Shown: positions 27,024-37,457, counted from the first letter of the stretch. The stretch: DNA of 48,192 bases from Cytophagales bacterium (GCA_043769845.1 JAYVIX010000211.1:1-48192); one strand, 5' to 3'. Program-made: numbers and translations. The notes: generated by a model not told the origin, from the letters alone.

Positions 27024-28778
27024 ATGATGCAATTGGCTACTTTTTCCAAAATAGATACCGCCACACAAGAAAGAATCAACACTTGGTTGAATGGCAACTA
27101 CGATGAGCAAACCAAAAATGAGATCAAGCAACTGATTGCCGATGGCAAAGAAGACGAATTGGTCGATTCTTTTTACAAAGAGTTGGAGTTCGGAACGGGT
27201 GGTCTCAGAGGAATAATGGGCGTAGGTTCAAACAAAATGAACAAATACACCATTGGAGCTGCTACACAAGGTTTGGCCAACTATCTGAAAAAGAATTTCC
27301 CAAATCAACAAATCAAAGTAGCAATTGCCTACGATTCGCGTAACAATTCGGATGTGTTTGCTCGCATCACAGCTGACGTGTTTTCGGCCAACGGTATTTA
27401 CGTGTATCTCTTTAGTGCGCTTCGTCCTACACCACTTTTGTCGTTCACTATCAGACATTTGGGTTGCCAAAGCGGAATCGTACTCACCGCATCGCACAAC
27501 CCCAAAGAGTACAATGGTTACAAAGCTTATTGGAACGATGGTGGCCAAATGATTGCGCCACATGACACCAATGTGATTGATGAAGTATCGGCCATCAAGG
27601 ATATTAGCGAAGTCAATTTTAAAGGGAACAACGCGCTAATCGAAATGGTAGGAACCGAAATTGACAGTGTGTATATCGAAAAAGTAAAAGAACTTTCGGT
27701 CAATCCAGAAGCCATCGCAAGACAAAAAGACATGAAAATTGTCTTTACTCCGATTCATGGCACGGGCATTACACTTGTTCCTGATTTGCTGGCGCGCTTT
27801 GGTTTTGAGAACGTCACGGTGGTAAAAGAGCAAAGTACGCCTGATGGAAATTTCCCAACAGTAGTATATCCAAATCCGGAAGAAAGTGAAGCATTGTCTT
27901 TGGCATTGAAAACTGCAAAAGAAATAGATGCCGAAATAGTAATGGCAACCGACCCAGATGCCGACCGTGTAGGAATCGCAGCCAAAAACAACAATGGCGA
28001 ATGGGTTTTGTTGAATGGCAACCAAACGGCCACATTATTAATCTATTACCTAATCAATGCTTGGAAAGAAGCGGGCAAGTTAGATGATAAACAATTCATC
28101 TGCAAAACGATTGTCACTTCTTATATTTTAGATGATATCGCTGAAGCAAATGGCGTGAAGTGCTACAATGTATTGACTGGTTTCAAATTTATAGCCGACC
28201 TGATCAAGCAAAAAGAAGGCAAAGAAACCTTCATCGGTGGTGGCGAAGAAAGTTACGGCTATCTTATTGGCGATTTTGTACGTGATAAAGATGCCGTTTC
28301 GTCTTGTGCTTTCATTGCCGAAATGACCGCTTATTACAAAGATAAAGGTCTTTCATTGTTTGATGTGTTGGAAGAGATTTACGTAAAACATGGTTTTTAC
28401 AAAGAAAAATTGATTTCAATCACCAAAAAAGGAAAATCAGGAGCAGACGAAATCAAGCAAATGATGCGTGATTTGCGTGCGACTCCGCCAAAAACATTGG
28501 GCGGTTCGCGCTTGGTGAAATTGATGGATTACGAAATGCAAACTGAAACCGATTTGTTAACTGGTGCGAAAAAGCCGATCGCCTTGCCAAAATCAGATGT
28601 TTTGCAATTTGTGATGGAAGACGGCAGTAAAGCTTCAGCTCGACCTTCGGGAACAGAACCAAAAATCAAGTTCTATTTCAGCGTAAAAGAAAAATTGGCT
28701 TCTAAAGAGCAATACGAAGCTATCTCGAAAAAATGTGACGAAAAAATAGATCAGACGATTAAAGATTTAGGCTTTTGA
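27024..28778 (+). CDS. Phosphoglucomutase / phosphomannomutase (phospho-sugar mutase)
   Basis: FGTGGLRG, TASHNP (phosphoserine), DPDADR (metal loop), GEESYG and RPSGTEPKIK motifs. Confidence 0.95.
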   Translation: MMQLATFSKIDTATQERINTWLNGNYDEQTKNEIKQLIADGKEDELVDSFYKELEFGTGGLRGIMGVGSNKMNKYTIGAATQGLANYLKKNFPNQQIKVAIAYDSRNNSDVFARITADVFSANGIYVYLFSALRPTPLLSFTIRHLGCQSGIVLTASHNPKEYNGYKAYWNDGGQMIAPHDTNVIDEVSAIKDISEVNFKGNNALIEMVGTEIDSVYIEKVKELSVNPEAIARQKDMKIVFTPIHGTGITLVPDLLARFGFENVTVVKEQSTPDGNFPTVVYPNPEESEALSLALKTAKEIDAEIVMATDPDADRVGIAAKNNNGEWVLLNGNQTATLLIYYLINAWKEAGKLDDKQFICKTIVTSYILDDIAEANGVKCYNVLTGFKFIADLIKQKEGKETFIGGGEESYGYLIGDFVRDKDAVSSCAFIAEMTAYYKDKGLSLFDVLEEIYVKHGFYKEKLISITKKGKSGADEIKQMMRDLRATPPKTLGGSRLVKLMDYEMQTETDLLTGAKKPIALPKSDVLQFVMEDGSKASARPSGTEPKIKFYFSVKEKLASKEQYEAISKKCDEKIDQTIKDLGF

Positions 28779-28810
28779 TATATAAATAATAATAATAATA
28801 ATTCATTAAT

Positions 28811-28851
28811 AAAACGAAAAGGCTTTCAGAAATGAAGGCCTTTTTCGTTTT
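28811..28851 (+). terminator. Intrinsic terminator of the phospho-sugar mutase gene
   Basis: AAAACGAAAAGGCTTTCA-GAAA-TGAAGGCCTTTTTCGTTTT. Confidence 0.8.
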
Positions 28852-28960
28852 ATTTGATATTTTGATAAAATCTTGCATAAATAGTACATATTTTTTGCCG
28901 AATTGCTTGACAATCAACTACTAATTGACTTAATTGATTTTTGCACTAAAACATATTCTT

Positions 28961-30841
28961 ATGCGAAAGTCAATACTGTATCTTTTTCTATTTGTGCATT
29001 ATTTTGCAAATGCACAATCTTGGCGAAGCGGATTGTATCCAGATGATTGGGAACCATCATCTACCAAGATTTTTTATTCGGACGCTTTTTTACAAGACTA
29101 TTCTTATGCAGGTTATGCTCGTAGCGAAAAAGTGCTTCCATCGGCAACTGGGACACTATACAATGTGACCAAGGCTCCTTATAATGCCGACAAAACGGGT
29201 GCAAATGATGCCACAGCGGCTATTCAAAAAGCGATCAATGCGGCTCAGACTGCAGGTGGTGGTATTGTTTACTTACCCACAGGCACATATAAAGTAAGCC
29301 CAGGAGCGAATACTTATGCACTTCTGATCAACAAAAGCAATGTTTATTTGAAAGGTGATGGTGTTGGTAAAACATTTATTCTCAATACATCTTACAAAAT
29401 GAAGAATAAGAACATCATCAATGTAGATGGAGATGGATCTTGGATTAATTCGTTTTATGCCGAAACATTAATCAGTAGCGATCTGACCACACCCACAAAA
29501 GTAATTCCAGTAAAAGACCCAACCCTTTTTGCAGTTGGCGACATGGTGATGCTCCGAAATTATATGAATAATGCTTGGATCAACGAGCATAAAGAAACGA
29601 CTTGGCTGGGTTACGGAGCCACTTTACAAGGTCTTCAATATTGTAGATACATCACCGCAATAGATGTGGCCAATAAAAAAGTGACGGTAGATGTTCCGAT
29701 CAGATATACTTTAAAAACTCGCGATACTGCTACGATGTTCAAAATCAAATACATGATAAACGATGTTGGGCTTAGTGACTTTTCGATAGGCAATGTACAA
29801 CATCCTGGCACGACTGGCTGGGGCGAAGACGATTTTAAAGTAAGTGGCACGTCAGGTTATGACTGTGATGGAACGAATGTGATTTTATACAATTTGGTTG
29901 TGAATGGCTGGATCAAAAACGTTTCGACTTATCAGCCAACTGGCAATACCACCAAGACGCAATACCTTTCAAATGGAATTGTAGTGAATAATTGCAAAAA
30001 TATCACGATTGATAATTGTCATCTGAGTCATAGTCAATATGGTGGAAACAACGGCAATGGCTATGCCTACCGTGTGGCTTCAAATGAAGTATTGATTTCA
30101 AATTCTTCGTCTGAATTTACTCGACATGGATACGTATTTGCTACCATGAAAGCCTCTGGAAATGTGATTCATAAATGCAAAGACATTCAAACAGGCGTTC
30201 AATGTGGGAATACTGGCAATATGGAAGTTGGTGGCTGGGGAAGCGACCATCACATGCACTTTAGTCATTCCAATCTGATTGATAATTGCTATTCTGAAAA
30301 CAGTACTTTTATTGCTTATTATAGGCCATATGGCAGCAATCCTCAGCATCGGATCACTTCGGCACATTCGGCTTTTTGGAATATTGCTTCGGCTGGTACG
30401 ATGGGTTATTGTGTGTGGACGCAACAAGCCAGATATGGATATGCAATCGGAACGTCAGGAACAAGTGCTACTGTTTTTACGAAGGCAAATGAGGCTGGAA
30501 GTGAAACAATTACAAATCCTGTGGACATTTCGGAAGGCGAAGGAAAAGGCGAAACATTGCTTCCTCAATCACTTTATGCAGACCAATTGATCAAAAGAGT
30601 AAAGGGCTTAGGAGTTGAAAATGAGGAGATTTTCAACGAATCAACTATTCGGATTTCGCCAAATCCTGTAAAAGACAAACTCAAAATTTCAGGTACAACC
30701 GCAACCGAAAAGTGGATCATATACGACATTAAAGGCGTTTTTGTAATGAGTGGATTTGGAGATGAAGCTTTTATCGAATCACTCCCAAGTGGTGCGTATT
30801 TTATTGAAGTAGATAAAAAGCGAATCAAATTTGTGAAATGA
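28961..30841 (+). CDS. Secreted right-handed beta-helix protein (Pectate_lyase_3/GH28-like N-terminus) with T9SS type A C-terminal sorting domain
   Basis: Signal peptide; DATAAIQKAINAA...GGGIVYLPTGTY...LKGDG; C-terminal ISPNPVKD...IYDIKG...LPSGAYFI...IKFVK. Confidence 0.85.
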   Translation: MRKSILYLFLFVHYFANAQSWRSGLYPDDWEPSSTKIFYSDAFLQDYSYAGYARSEKVLPSATGTLYNVTKAPYNADKTGANDATAAIQKAINAAQTAGGGIVYLPTGTYKVSPGANTYALLINKSNVYLKGDGVGKTFILNTSYKMKNKNIINVDGDGSWINSFYAETLISSDLTTPTKVIPVKDPTLFAVGDMVMLRNYMNNAWINEHKETTWLGYGATLQGLQYCRYITAIDVANKKVTVDVPIRYTLKTRDTATMFKIKYMINDVGLSDFSIGNVQHPGTTGWGEDDFKVSGTSGYDCDGTNVILYNLVVNGWIKNVSTYQPTGNTTKTQYLSNGIVVNNCKNITIDNCHLSHSQYGGNNGNGYAYRVASNEVLISNSSSEFTRHGYVFATMKASGNVIHKCKDIQTGVQCGNTGNMEVGGWGSDHHMHFSHSNLIDNCYSENSTFIAYYRPYGSNPQHRITSAHSAFWNIASAGTMGYCVWTQQARYGYAIGTSGTSATVFTKANEAGSETITNPVDISEGEGKGETLLPQSLYADQLIKRVKGLGVENEEIFNESTIRISPNPVKDKLKISGTTATEKWIIYDIKGVFVMSGFGDEAFIESLPSGAYFIEVDKKRIKFVK

Positions 30842-30913
30842 GCAAAATATCTTTTTTTTGCAATTGATTTTTCTTAGTTCCATTTTAAATAGTTGGTAAT
30901 TGGCTGGTGAAAA

Positions 30914-31873
30914 TCAGATTGTAATCACCACATTTCCAGTTTTCATTCCAGTCTCCACATACTTGGTCGCTTCCACAATTTTCTCCAGAGGATACGTTTT
31001 GTCTATCACGGCTTTGTAGTTTCCAGATTCTATCAACTCTTTGAATCGAATAATGTCTTCTTTACAGTCTGTAGGAATAGGAAACTTTACTTTTTTACCA
31101 CCAAATAGGGGAGTGAACAATGCCAGAAATACGTTTTGCGACAAGTAGCCAAGTTCTGTAGAGATATAAACACCTTTCGGTTTCAGCAGGTGTTTGCATT
31201 TGAAGAACGAACTTTTCCCGACTGCATCTAACACAAAATCATACTCTTTTGCAATCTTGGTGAAATCCTCTTTGGTATAATCAATCACAACGTCTGCACC
31301 CAACAATTTTACTAATTGCATGCCTTGGGTATCGCATACAGCCGTAATTTCTGCGCCATAGAAGTGTGCCAACTGTACACAAGCTGTACCGATAGAACCT
31401 GTCGCGCCATTGATTAGGATTTTTTTCGGAGTGCTAAAATCAATGTTTCGTGTGAGGTTTGTACCCAACATCAATCCATCGCAAACGGCAGCCGCTTCTT
31501 CGAACGACATGTTTTGGGGCATTGTCGTGATCGAACCTTTTTCGGGCATGCAAATGTATTCAGCATGTGTGCCAAAATGAAAAGTGCTTAAGCCAAACAC
31601 TTTATCACCAACTTTGAACGATTTGACATCCTTGCCCACAGCTTCAATTTCGCCCGCTAGCTCGTTACCCAGTATGTGTTTTCTGGGTTTGAAAAAGCCC
31701 GCAATCAAATACACGATCAAGTAGCCAGGTTTGCGAAAGCCGCAATCAGTTCTGTTGACGGTTGCTGCGTGTATTTTGACCAACACTTCATTTGCTTTCG
31801 GTATTGGTTTTGCAACCTCTTTTATACGAATCACTTCTGGCGATCCGTATTCTGTATTTATTGCTGCTTTCAT
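30914..31873 (-). CDS. NAD(P)-dependent MDR oxidoreductase (zinc-ADH/quinone reductase-like)
   Basis: YGSPEV, VNRTD, ILINGATGSIG, LGADVVIDYT and VIDKTYPL motifs. Confidence 0.9.
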   Translation of the reverse strand: MKAAINTEYGSPEVIRIKEVAKPIPKANEVLVKIHAATVNRTDCGFRKPGYLIVYLIAGFFKPRKHILGNELAGEIEAVGKDVKSFKVGDKVFGLSTFHFGTHAEYICMPEKGSITTMPQNMSFEEAAAVCDGLMLGTNLTRNIDFSTPKKILINGATGSIGTACVQLAHFYGAEITAVCDTQGMQLVKLLGADVVIDYTKEDFTKIAKEYDFVLDAVGKSSFFKCKHLLKPKGVYISTELGYLSQNVFLALFTPLFGGKKVKFPIPTDCKEDIIRFKELIESGNYKAVIDKTYPLEKIVEATKYVETGMKTGNVVITI

Positions 31874-31875
31874 GT

Positions 31876-32703
31876 TTATATCTTGATAACAATGTTGTAT
31901 TGTGTTGATTTGTTCTCGTAAAAGATTGTGAAATGTTCTTTTGTGAACGACACAACCCTGAAGGTTTGATAATTTGGAACTCCTTCAATTTGTCCTTCAA
32001 TTATAATCAATCCATTCTCGTTTTTAATGGAATATATGCTGAACTTCTTCTTGATGTCACATTTTGTGAGGTCGGCAAAGCAACTGAACAAGCTCAATTC
32101 TTGAATAGCCATGAAATTGTGTTTGTCGGAAATGAGTGTTACAAAATCTTGAAATTTAGGCAATTGGTTGGTATACACCACGCCAGTCAAGCTTGCTTCT
32201 GCCGATGTGCTCATTTGATAAGGGCCTCCAACGAAATTTCCATTTGTTCGCTGATTGGTGAGGAAAATACTGTTTCCACCTTGCATAGCGGCTTGGATCT
32301 TAAACTTGCGATAGGCCCTTTCCTTTACCCTTTCTTGGTTGGCTATCAGGGTGGTACCTTTCGCTTTCGAACTGGCATCGCCTAGTTTATACAACCCTTT
32401 TATCTCACTTTCTACTTGTGTGATGGTGACATTTTCATAATCGGTCGCTTTTTCTACGGTCTTAAACGCAGTGGCTTCTGCAAAAATCTGTATTCTGCCA
32501 TTTTTGAAAATGATTTTTTGAACCGCATTTTTATACACACTTGAAGTGATTTCTTCGCCTGGAAAGCTGTATTTCACAGCATCGGTCGTGATTTCTTTTA
32601 CCTGACAAGGTATTCTTTCGTTATTGGAAACGATCGTGTCCATTTGAGCATAGCTCATGAATGAATAGGCAAATGCGAATGAAAGAAATAATGTCTTTTT
32701 CAT
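31876..32703 (-). CDS. Hypothetical exported protein
   Basis: Signal peptide MKKTLFLSFAFAYSFMSYAQ; 275-aa ORF in the operon between the TonB receptor and the MDR gene. Confidence 0.75.
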   Translation of the reverse strand: MKKTLFLSFAFAYSFMSYAQMDTIVSNNERIPCQVKEITTDAVKYSFPGEEITSSVYKNAVQKIIFKNGRIQIFAEATAFKTVEKATDYENVTITQVESEIKGLYKLGDASSKAKGTTLIANQERVKERAYRKFKIQAAMQGGNSIFLTNQRTNGNFVGGPYQMSTSAEASLTGVVYTNQLPKFQDFVTLISDKHNFMAIQELSLFSCFADLTKCDIKKKFSIYSIKNENGLIIIEGQIEGVPNYQTFRVVSFTKEHFTIFYENKSTQYNIVIKI

Positions 32704-32745
32704 AATTGTAACGTTTAAATAGTTTATTGAATTATTTTATATTTG

Positions 32746-35178
32746 TTAAAAATACACACGATACATTAGGTTGGGAAACAAACCGAACTGGCGCACATAA
32801 CCGATTTTATTGGGTTTACTTTCGTCATAATATTCAGAAATCCTCGCTTTCGAATCGGTGATATTTTCTAGGTTGACAAATAGTTCGTGGGTCGTTTTGC
32901 GCTTGTTCCATTTGTAACTGGCCGACAGCGTGATTTGGTAAGTATCCTCAATCTTGTTGTTATAGGCTTTTTTGTAGTCGTAAAAACGGCCATTGACTGC
33001 GTCTACTGCTAGGTTTCCATCACCGTCCCTCAACAATGGAATGATTTTTCTGCCACCGCCAGCAAATACTTTGAGGTTCAGATTAAGCGTTTGATTGTCT
33101 TTGCGACCTAGTTTCACGAATTCTTTTCCACACAACACATTCACGATATAGTTGCCATTGTATTGTGTGTTTCGTTCCACACCTTCCAACGATTTGTATC
33201 TAGAATTGTACAACGAACCATTGATCAAGAAATAGTAATTTTTGTTGAAAAACCGCTCTAAAGTCATTTCTAGCCCATAATTCTTGCCAGTTCCTTTATT
33301 CACTAATTCCACATAACGGAATTGGACGCCTTCGTTGATAGTCGCATAATAACTCGTATCGTTGTTTTCCACGGGCAGGTTGTACAAGTGTTGGTAGTAC
33401 GTTTCCAGCTTGAACATCAGGTTGTCTGTAAAGCGTTTTTCGTAGCCCACTACAAAATGGTGTGCTTTTAACAAATCGAGGTTTTTGTTGGGCTCAGTAT
33501 AGCTTCCATCTTGTTGCTTCACTTTAGCAAAATAGTTGTGGATGCTTTCCATCATGCTGTGTTTGCCGTAGCCTACATGAAATGCGTTGGTATGATTGAT
33601 CCTCCAATTTATTGCTAAACGAGGCTCTAAACTCATTTTATTGTTCATCAAAACGACCATGTGATGCAAGCCAGAAACTAACGTGACTTTATCCGAAAGC
33701 CTGCGTTTGTAAGAGACGAAGCTTCGAAGTGTACTTATATTTTCGTTGAAATCGACCACCTTAGTTCTGCTTGTAGCATTTCCGAATAGTTGACTTTGGT
33801 TGTATTGGTAACCAATCAAGGCGTATTTGGTGCCGATCTGGATTTTTTGCCTCGAACTCACTTTGTAATTATAGGTAACCGCACCACGATAAGTCGATTT
33901 TACCAATCTACTTTTAAAATTGATTGTTCGATCTGTAACAGAATCTCGAATAAAGTCGCCTTGGGCATTGTATAGTTTAAATGTTTTGTATTCGTATATG
34001 TCATCAGCAATTCCATTGCCAGAATAAGAAAGTGAAGTTTTGAGGAAACTTTTTTCGTTTAAATTGATCGTATGATTCAAACCAACATTAGCCAAATAAG
34101 ATACCTTTTTGAAGTCTTCGCTCACATCGGGCAACATAGACCTACCTCCCGGAGTTTGAAAAATTACTGGTTGGATGTCTTTGAATTCCACGCTACTCAA
34201 ACCTCCCAAACCGAACAATGAAAACGTTCCAGCCTTTTTGGTAGGAAGCACTATTTTGAAAGCCCCATCTTGAAACTTGGGAATGCCACCCACACTAATT
34301 AAACCAAGCTTTTCTATTAAAGTAACGGTCGAATACCTGTAATTGGCCAAATATGAGCCGCCATATCCTTTTTTGAAAGGGCCTTCCATTGTTAGGTCAG
34401 TTCCCATGATGCCTACGCCAAATGAGCGTTCCGTTTTTTGGTTGTTTCCAGTCCTCAAATTCACGTCATACACACCCGAAAGCACATCGCCATATTCGGG
34501 CGCAAAAGCTCCTGTAGAAAAATCAGAAGTAGATAATAGGTTGTTATTCAATGCACTTATGCTTCCACTTGCTGCATTTTGGTCATTGAAATGATTGGGG
34601 GTGGTAATCTCAACTCCCTCCAATCGCCATTGCATGTATTTGGGCGAGTTCCCACGCACGATGATGTCGTTACTTGCGTCTGACGTAGCGACTCCTGCAA
34701 AATTGGCCAAAATACGGGCAGGGTCGTTGTAGGAATTGGCGTATCGTTTCGAGTCGTCAATAGAAATAGAACGCGCACTCACGAGCGACATATCGTTCAA
34801 TGCTTCCCCTTTGTTTTTGTTGGCTTCGATTACAATTTCTTCCGTCTGCAAAATGGATTCCTGCATATTGATGGTCAAAACCACTTCTTTGCCTGAATTC
34901 ACCTCGATGTTTGGCGCACTTACTTTTTCGTAGCCAATGTAGGACAGTTGCAACGTGATCCTTCCTACAGGCACGTTGGCAAATCGAAATTCTCCTTTCT
35001 CGTCTGTAGAAGTACCAATTAATGGTTCAGTGCCAAGAATCGCCACGCCAACTCCTACAAGTGGTAACTTGCTGTCGGTGTCGAAAACCGTACCTCGAAC
35101 TGTTTGGGTCGGGTTTTGACTAAAAGAGGGATAAATAAAAGTGGCAAGCAGAAATGCCAATGCGCCAATGATTTTCAT
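32746..35178 (-). CDS. TonB-dependent receptor with N-terminal carboxypeptidase-regulatory-like domain
   Basis: QTVRGTV.D...P L.GV, NDPAR...IIVRGNSP plug motif, AF.PEYGD.LSGV, and C-terminal PNLMYRVYF. Confidence 0.9.
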   Translation of the reverse strand: MKIIGALAFLLATFIYPSFSQNPTQTVRGTVFDTDSKLPLVGVGVAILGTEPLIGTSTDEKGEFRFANVPVGRITLQLSYIGYEKVSAPNIEVNSGKEVVLTINMQESILQTEEIVIEANKNKGEALNDMSLVSARSISIDDSKRYANSYNDPARILANFAGVATSDASNDIIVRGNSPKYMQWRLEGVEITTPNHFNDQNAASGSISALNNNLLSTSDFSTGAFAPEYGDVLSGVYDVNLRTGNNQKTERSFGVGIMGTDLTMEGPFKKGYGGSYLANYRYSTVTLIEKLGLISVGGIPKFQDGAFKIVLPTKKAGTFSLFGLGGLSSVEFKDIQPVIFQTPGGRSMLPDVSEDFKKVSYLANVGLNHTINLNEKSFLKTSLSYSGNGIADDIYEYKTFKLYNAQGDFIRDSVTDRTINFKSRLVKSTYRGAVTYNYKVSSRQKIQIGTKYALIGYQYNQSQLFGNATSRTKVVDFNENISTLRSFVSYKRRLSDKVTLVSGLHHMVVLMNNKMSLEPRLAINWRINHTNAFHVGYGKHSMMESIHNYFAKVKQQDGSYTEPNKNLDLLKAHHFVVGYEKRFTDNLMFKLETYYQHLYNLPVENNDTSYYATINEGVQFRYVELVNKGTGKNYGLEMTLERFFNKNYYFLINGSLYNSRYKSLEGVERNTQYNGNYIVNVLCGKEFVKLGRKDNQTLNLNLKVFAGGGRKIIPLLRDGDGNLAVDAVNGRFYDYKKAYNNKIEDTYQITLSASYKWNKRKTTHELFVNLENITDSKARISEYYDESKPNKIGYVRQFGLFPNLMYRVYF

Positions 35179-35210
35179 AGCAAACAAATTGTTTAAGGTT
35201 AAATCTTAGA

Positions 35211-35295
35211 CAAATGTCTATCAATGCTTTTGGGGCTACAATTCTATTATGCAAAGCGTGGGAAGACGTCTGCATGTGATGGTTTTGGGTCTGCA
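35211..35295 (-). promoter_or_regulatory. Putative LytTR-activated promoter: three direct repeats plus GACATTTG -7 variant
   Basis: Minus strand TGCAGAC (35295-35289), TGCAGAC (35274-35268) and TGCATAA (35253-35247) at exact 21-bp period; GACATTTG at 35218-35211. Confidence 0.65.
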
Positions 35296-35322
35296 AGATG
35301 GGAGCGTCTTTAGCATTTATGG

Positions 35323-36642
35323 CTAGTAAAATAAATATCCTTTTTGGTATTCAATAGGCAAAAGTTTGATATTGCTCTTGATATTACCGCCATTTACTAA
35401 GTTTTGAATAAATTCTTTTCTTCTTAGAACTAGCGTTTTTTGTTCTTGAATCGCAGGTTTCTGAATCTTACTTATCACATATTCTTCTTCAATAGTAAGT
35501 GCCGCTACTTCCATTACTACATTGCCACCTTCCATATTCTGCACGCCCATCCAGTACAAACTATCATTTATTGCACTTACCATTCCAATGTTCGCTTTAG
35601 AAACATCTGTTTTTAAAGACTGAAAACTATTTTCTTGCTTTTTAAACAGCCTAGAATTTACCTTGTCTAGTACATACAACGAACATTTTCTATTACTAGG
35701 CTCCCCATTAATTTTGTCGGGTAAAATCTTTGGGAGAGAATCAGAAAAATCCACAGATATGCCCTTTGTAAGTTCGATCAGTTGTTCATTCAATCCAGTA
35801 ATATTTATTTTTCCTGTTGTATCTGAGTATTTGTAGAATAATGCGGAAGTATTAGGAGGCAACTTTATAGGAATGGCTAATTTATTTTTTCCTTCTTTTT
35901 TAAAAGCCAGACTAGTGGGTGCTAGTACTTCAACAGGTTTATAAATTTTATTCTTGGTTGTAGATGTGGTAAAGTTCTGTGATTCTATATGGGCAGGTTG
36001 GCGTCTTATTTTCAAATTTGCAATGCCATCATCATAATAATTATCAGAGATAAGAGTGAATTTGTAAATACTTCTTTCTTTAATAATAAAAGAATAATTG
36101 TTCCAGTTGCTAAGAAAGATAGACCCAATTACTCTAGTATTTTCAGGATACTTACTGACGAAAAATGAACAGCTATAAACACCATTATTAAGGTCTAAAT
36201 CGAGTGAAATAATATCCCCTTTTTCGAAAGCGTAGTAAAAAACTGGTTGTGAGTAGTATAATTGGTTTGGATTTTTTTCTCGAAACTCTCTGATAGACTC
36301 CAAGCCAGGACATATAAATTTAAGATCGGCTACGTCTAAGGTTTTTATTGCTCGTTTTTTGAATTCGAATTTTACTACTTTCTGGCTTTCCAATTGCACA
36401 CCCATAACGTCAATTGTCTCTACATTGAGAGAGTCATTTACACTAATCGCTTTTAGAATATGGTCACCTACCAACGCTGAGATTTGAAGTTGGGCGTTTA
36501 TTAGAGTTTCTCCTACCTTTTTTCCATCTAAGAAAACGATGGCATTTTCGTCCGATAATACAAGTATAGTTCCCGAATTTTGTGATAAAGACTCAAAGAA
36601 AATGCAGAAGCAAAAAGATGACAATAGTATGCGCAATCCCAT
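35323..36642 (-). CDS. Hypothetical exported protein with possible PEGA-like N-terminus
   Basis: Signal peptide; GTILVLSD.NAIVFLDGKKVGET...GDHIL pattern; AT-rich. Confidence 0.65.
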   Translation of the reverse strand: MGLRILLSSFCFCIFFESLSQNSGTILVLSDENAIVFLDGKKVGETLINAQLQISALVGDHILKAISVNDSLNVETIDVMGVQLESQKVVKFEFKKRAIKTLDVADLKFICPGLESIREFREKNPNQLYYSQPVFYYAFEKGDIISLDLDLNNGVYSCSFFVSKYPENTRVIGSIFLSNWNNYSFIIKERSIYKFTLISDNYYDDGIANLKIRRQPAHIESQNFTTSTTKNKIYKPVEVLAPTSLAFKKEGKNKLAIPIKLPPNTSALFYKYSDTTGKINITGLNEQLIELTKGISVDFSDSLPKILPDKINGEPSNRKCSLYVLDKVNSRLFKKQENSFQSLKTDVSKANIGMVSAINDSLYWMGVQNMEGGNVVMEVAALTIEEEYVISKIQKPAIQEQKTLVLRRKEFIQNLVNGGNIKSNIKLLPIEYQKGYLFY

Positions 36643-36683
36643 TTTGACTGATATTTGTTACAAATATGGGTAAAAAACGTGGA

Positions 36684-36741
36684 CTATGAAACGTCACCAA
36701 TCACCCTAAAAAACGCTTCGCTGTATGTATCTGAAATCGGG
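36684..36741 (-). repeat. Orphan duplicate of the LytTR regulator 3' end
   Basis: 36695-36741 matches 37469-37515 at 43/47 nt; it reads PISDTYSEAFFRVIGDVS with TAG at 36684-36686. Confidence 0.9.
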
Positions 36742-36771
36742 TGATTCAATCAAATTAAACGTATTATTTTG

Positions 36772-36779
36772 TAGTTTTG
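36772..36779 (+). promoter_or_regulatory. -7 promoter box for the inserted two-gene cassette
   Basis: TAGTTTTG, 18 bp before ATG 36798. Confidence 0.55.
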
Positions 36780-36797
36780 CAAAAACACTTATCAATT

Positions 36798-36959
36798 ATG
36801 AATAAGGCCACTGCAATCAACAAAGATGAAATAATTCAACAGTTGCTAGAAAGTAAAAAGCAGATGCTCAACGAAATCAAAAACGATTTCGCTACCCCTG
36901 GATTCCAAAAAGCATTGGAAGAGCTTAGGTTATTGAACAAAAAAAGTAATGCGGTATAA
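36798..36959 (+). CDS. Small helical hypothetical protein (53 aa)
   Basis: AT-rich leader and ATG; MNKATAINKDEIIQQLLESKKQMLNEIK...; overlaps the next gene by 11 bp. Confidence 0.7.
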   Translation: MNKATAINKDEIIQQLLESKKQMLNEIKNDFATPGFQKALEELRLLNKKSNAV

Positions 36960-37446
36960 CTATGTTTGCTGGGGCGGAGAACACAATAGTTACGTGTTTG
37001 AAACCGATTTTTCTGTTGTTTACGAAGTCAAGTTCAAAAAATCGTCCTACCTATTTAGGTATCTGGCCGAGGAAATAAATCAAAACGTTTATGAGTTTGT
37101 GATTGATGTGGCTTTTAATCCAAATAAAGCAAAAACTCCATTCGATTCTAAAATCGGCTTTACCATTGCACATATTTTTAATGACTTCTTCGCTAAGAAT
37201 AGCAATATAGTAAGTATTTACATTTGCGAATCAAGCGATTCAAAGCAAGAACTAAGGATGAAGAAATTCAATGTTTGGTTTCATAAATTTCAAGATGCCA
37301 GTTATTTGAAGCTAGACGAAATCCTTATTGACTCGAAAAACAACCGCTATCCAATTTCAATCATTATTAAAAATACCAATCCACACAGGATGGCAATTCT
37401 TGAAGCTTTTGTAAATATTACGAAACTTCAAAATCAGGACAAATAA
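36949..37446 (+). CDS. DUF6169-like family protein
   Basis: SYVFET...YEVKF..SSYLF, PFDSKIGFTI..IF.DFF, IYICESSDSKQ..R.KKFN.WF; family name recalled from the motif, not searched. Confidence 0.65.
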   Translation: MRYNYVCWGGEHNSYVFETDFSVVYEVKFKKSSYLFRYLAEEINQNVYEFVIDVAFNPNKAKTPFDSKIGFTIAHIFNDFFAKNSNIVSIYICESSDSKQELRMKKFNVWFHKFQDASYLKLDEILIDSKNNRYPISIIIKNTNPHRMAILEAFVNITKLQNQDK

Positions 37447-37457
37447 GAAATTGTCCT

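Noticed and set aside
28785-28803. AAT trinucleotide microsatellite after the phospho-sugar mutase gene
   Set aside because: Short, non-coding, in an AT-rich 3' UTR; no evident function.
28873-28943. TTGCATAA upstream of the beta-helix gene as a third LytTR site
   Set aside because: No TGCAGAC partner at 21-bp period, and the spacing to a -7 box does not match the other two promoters.
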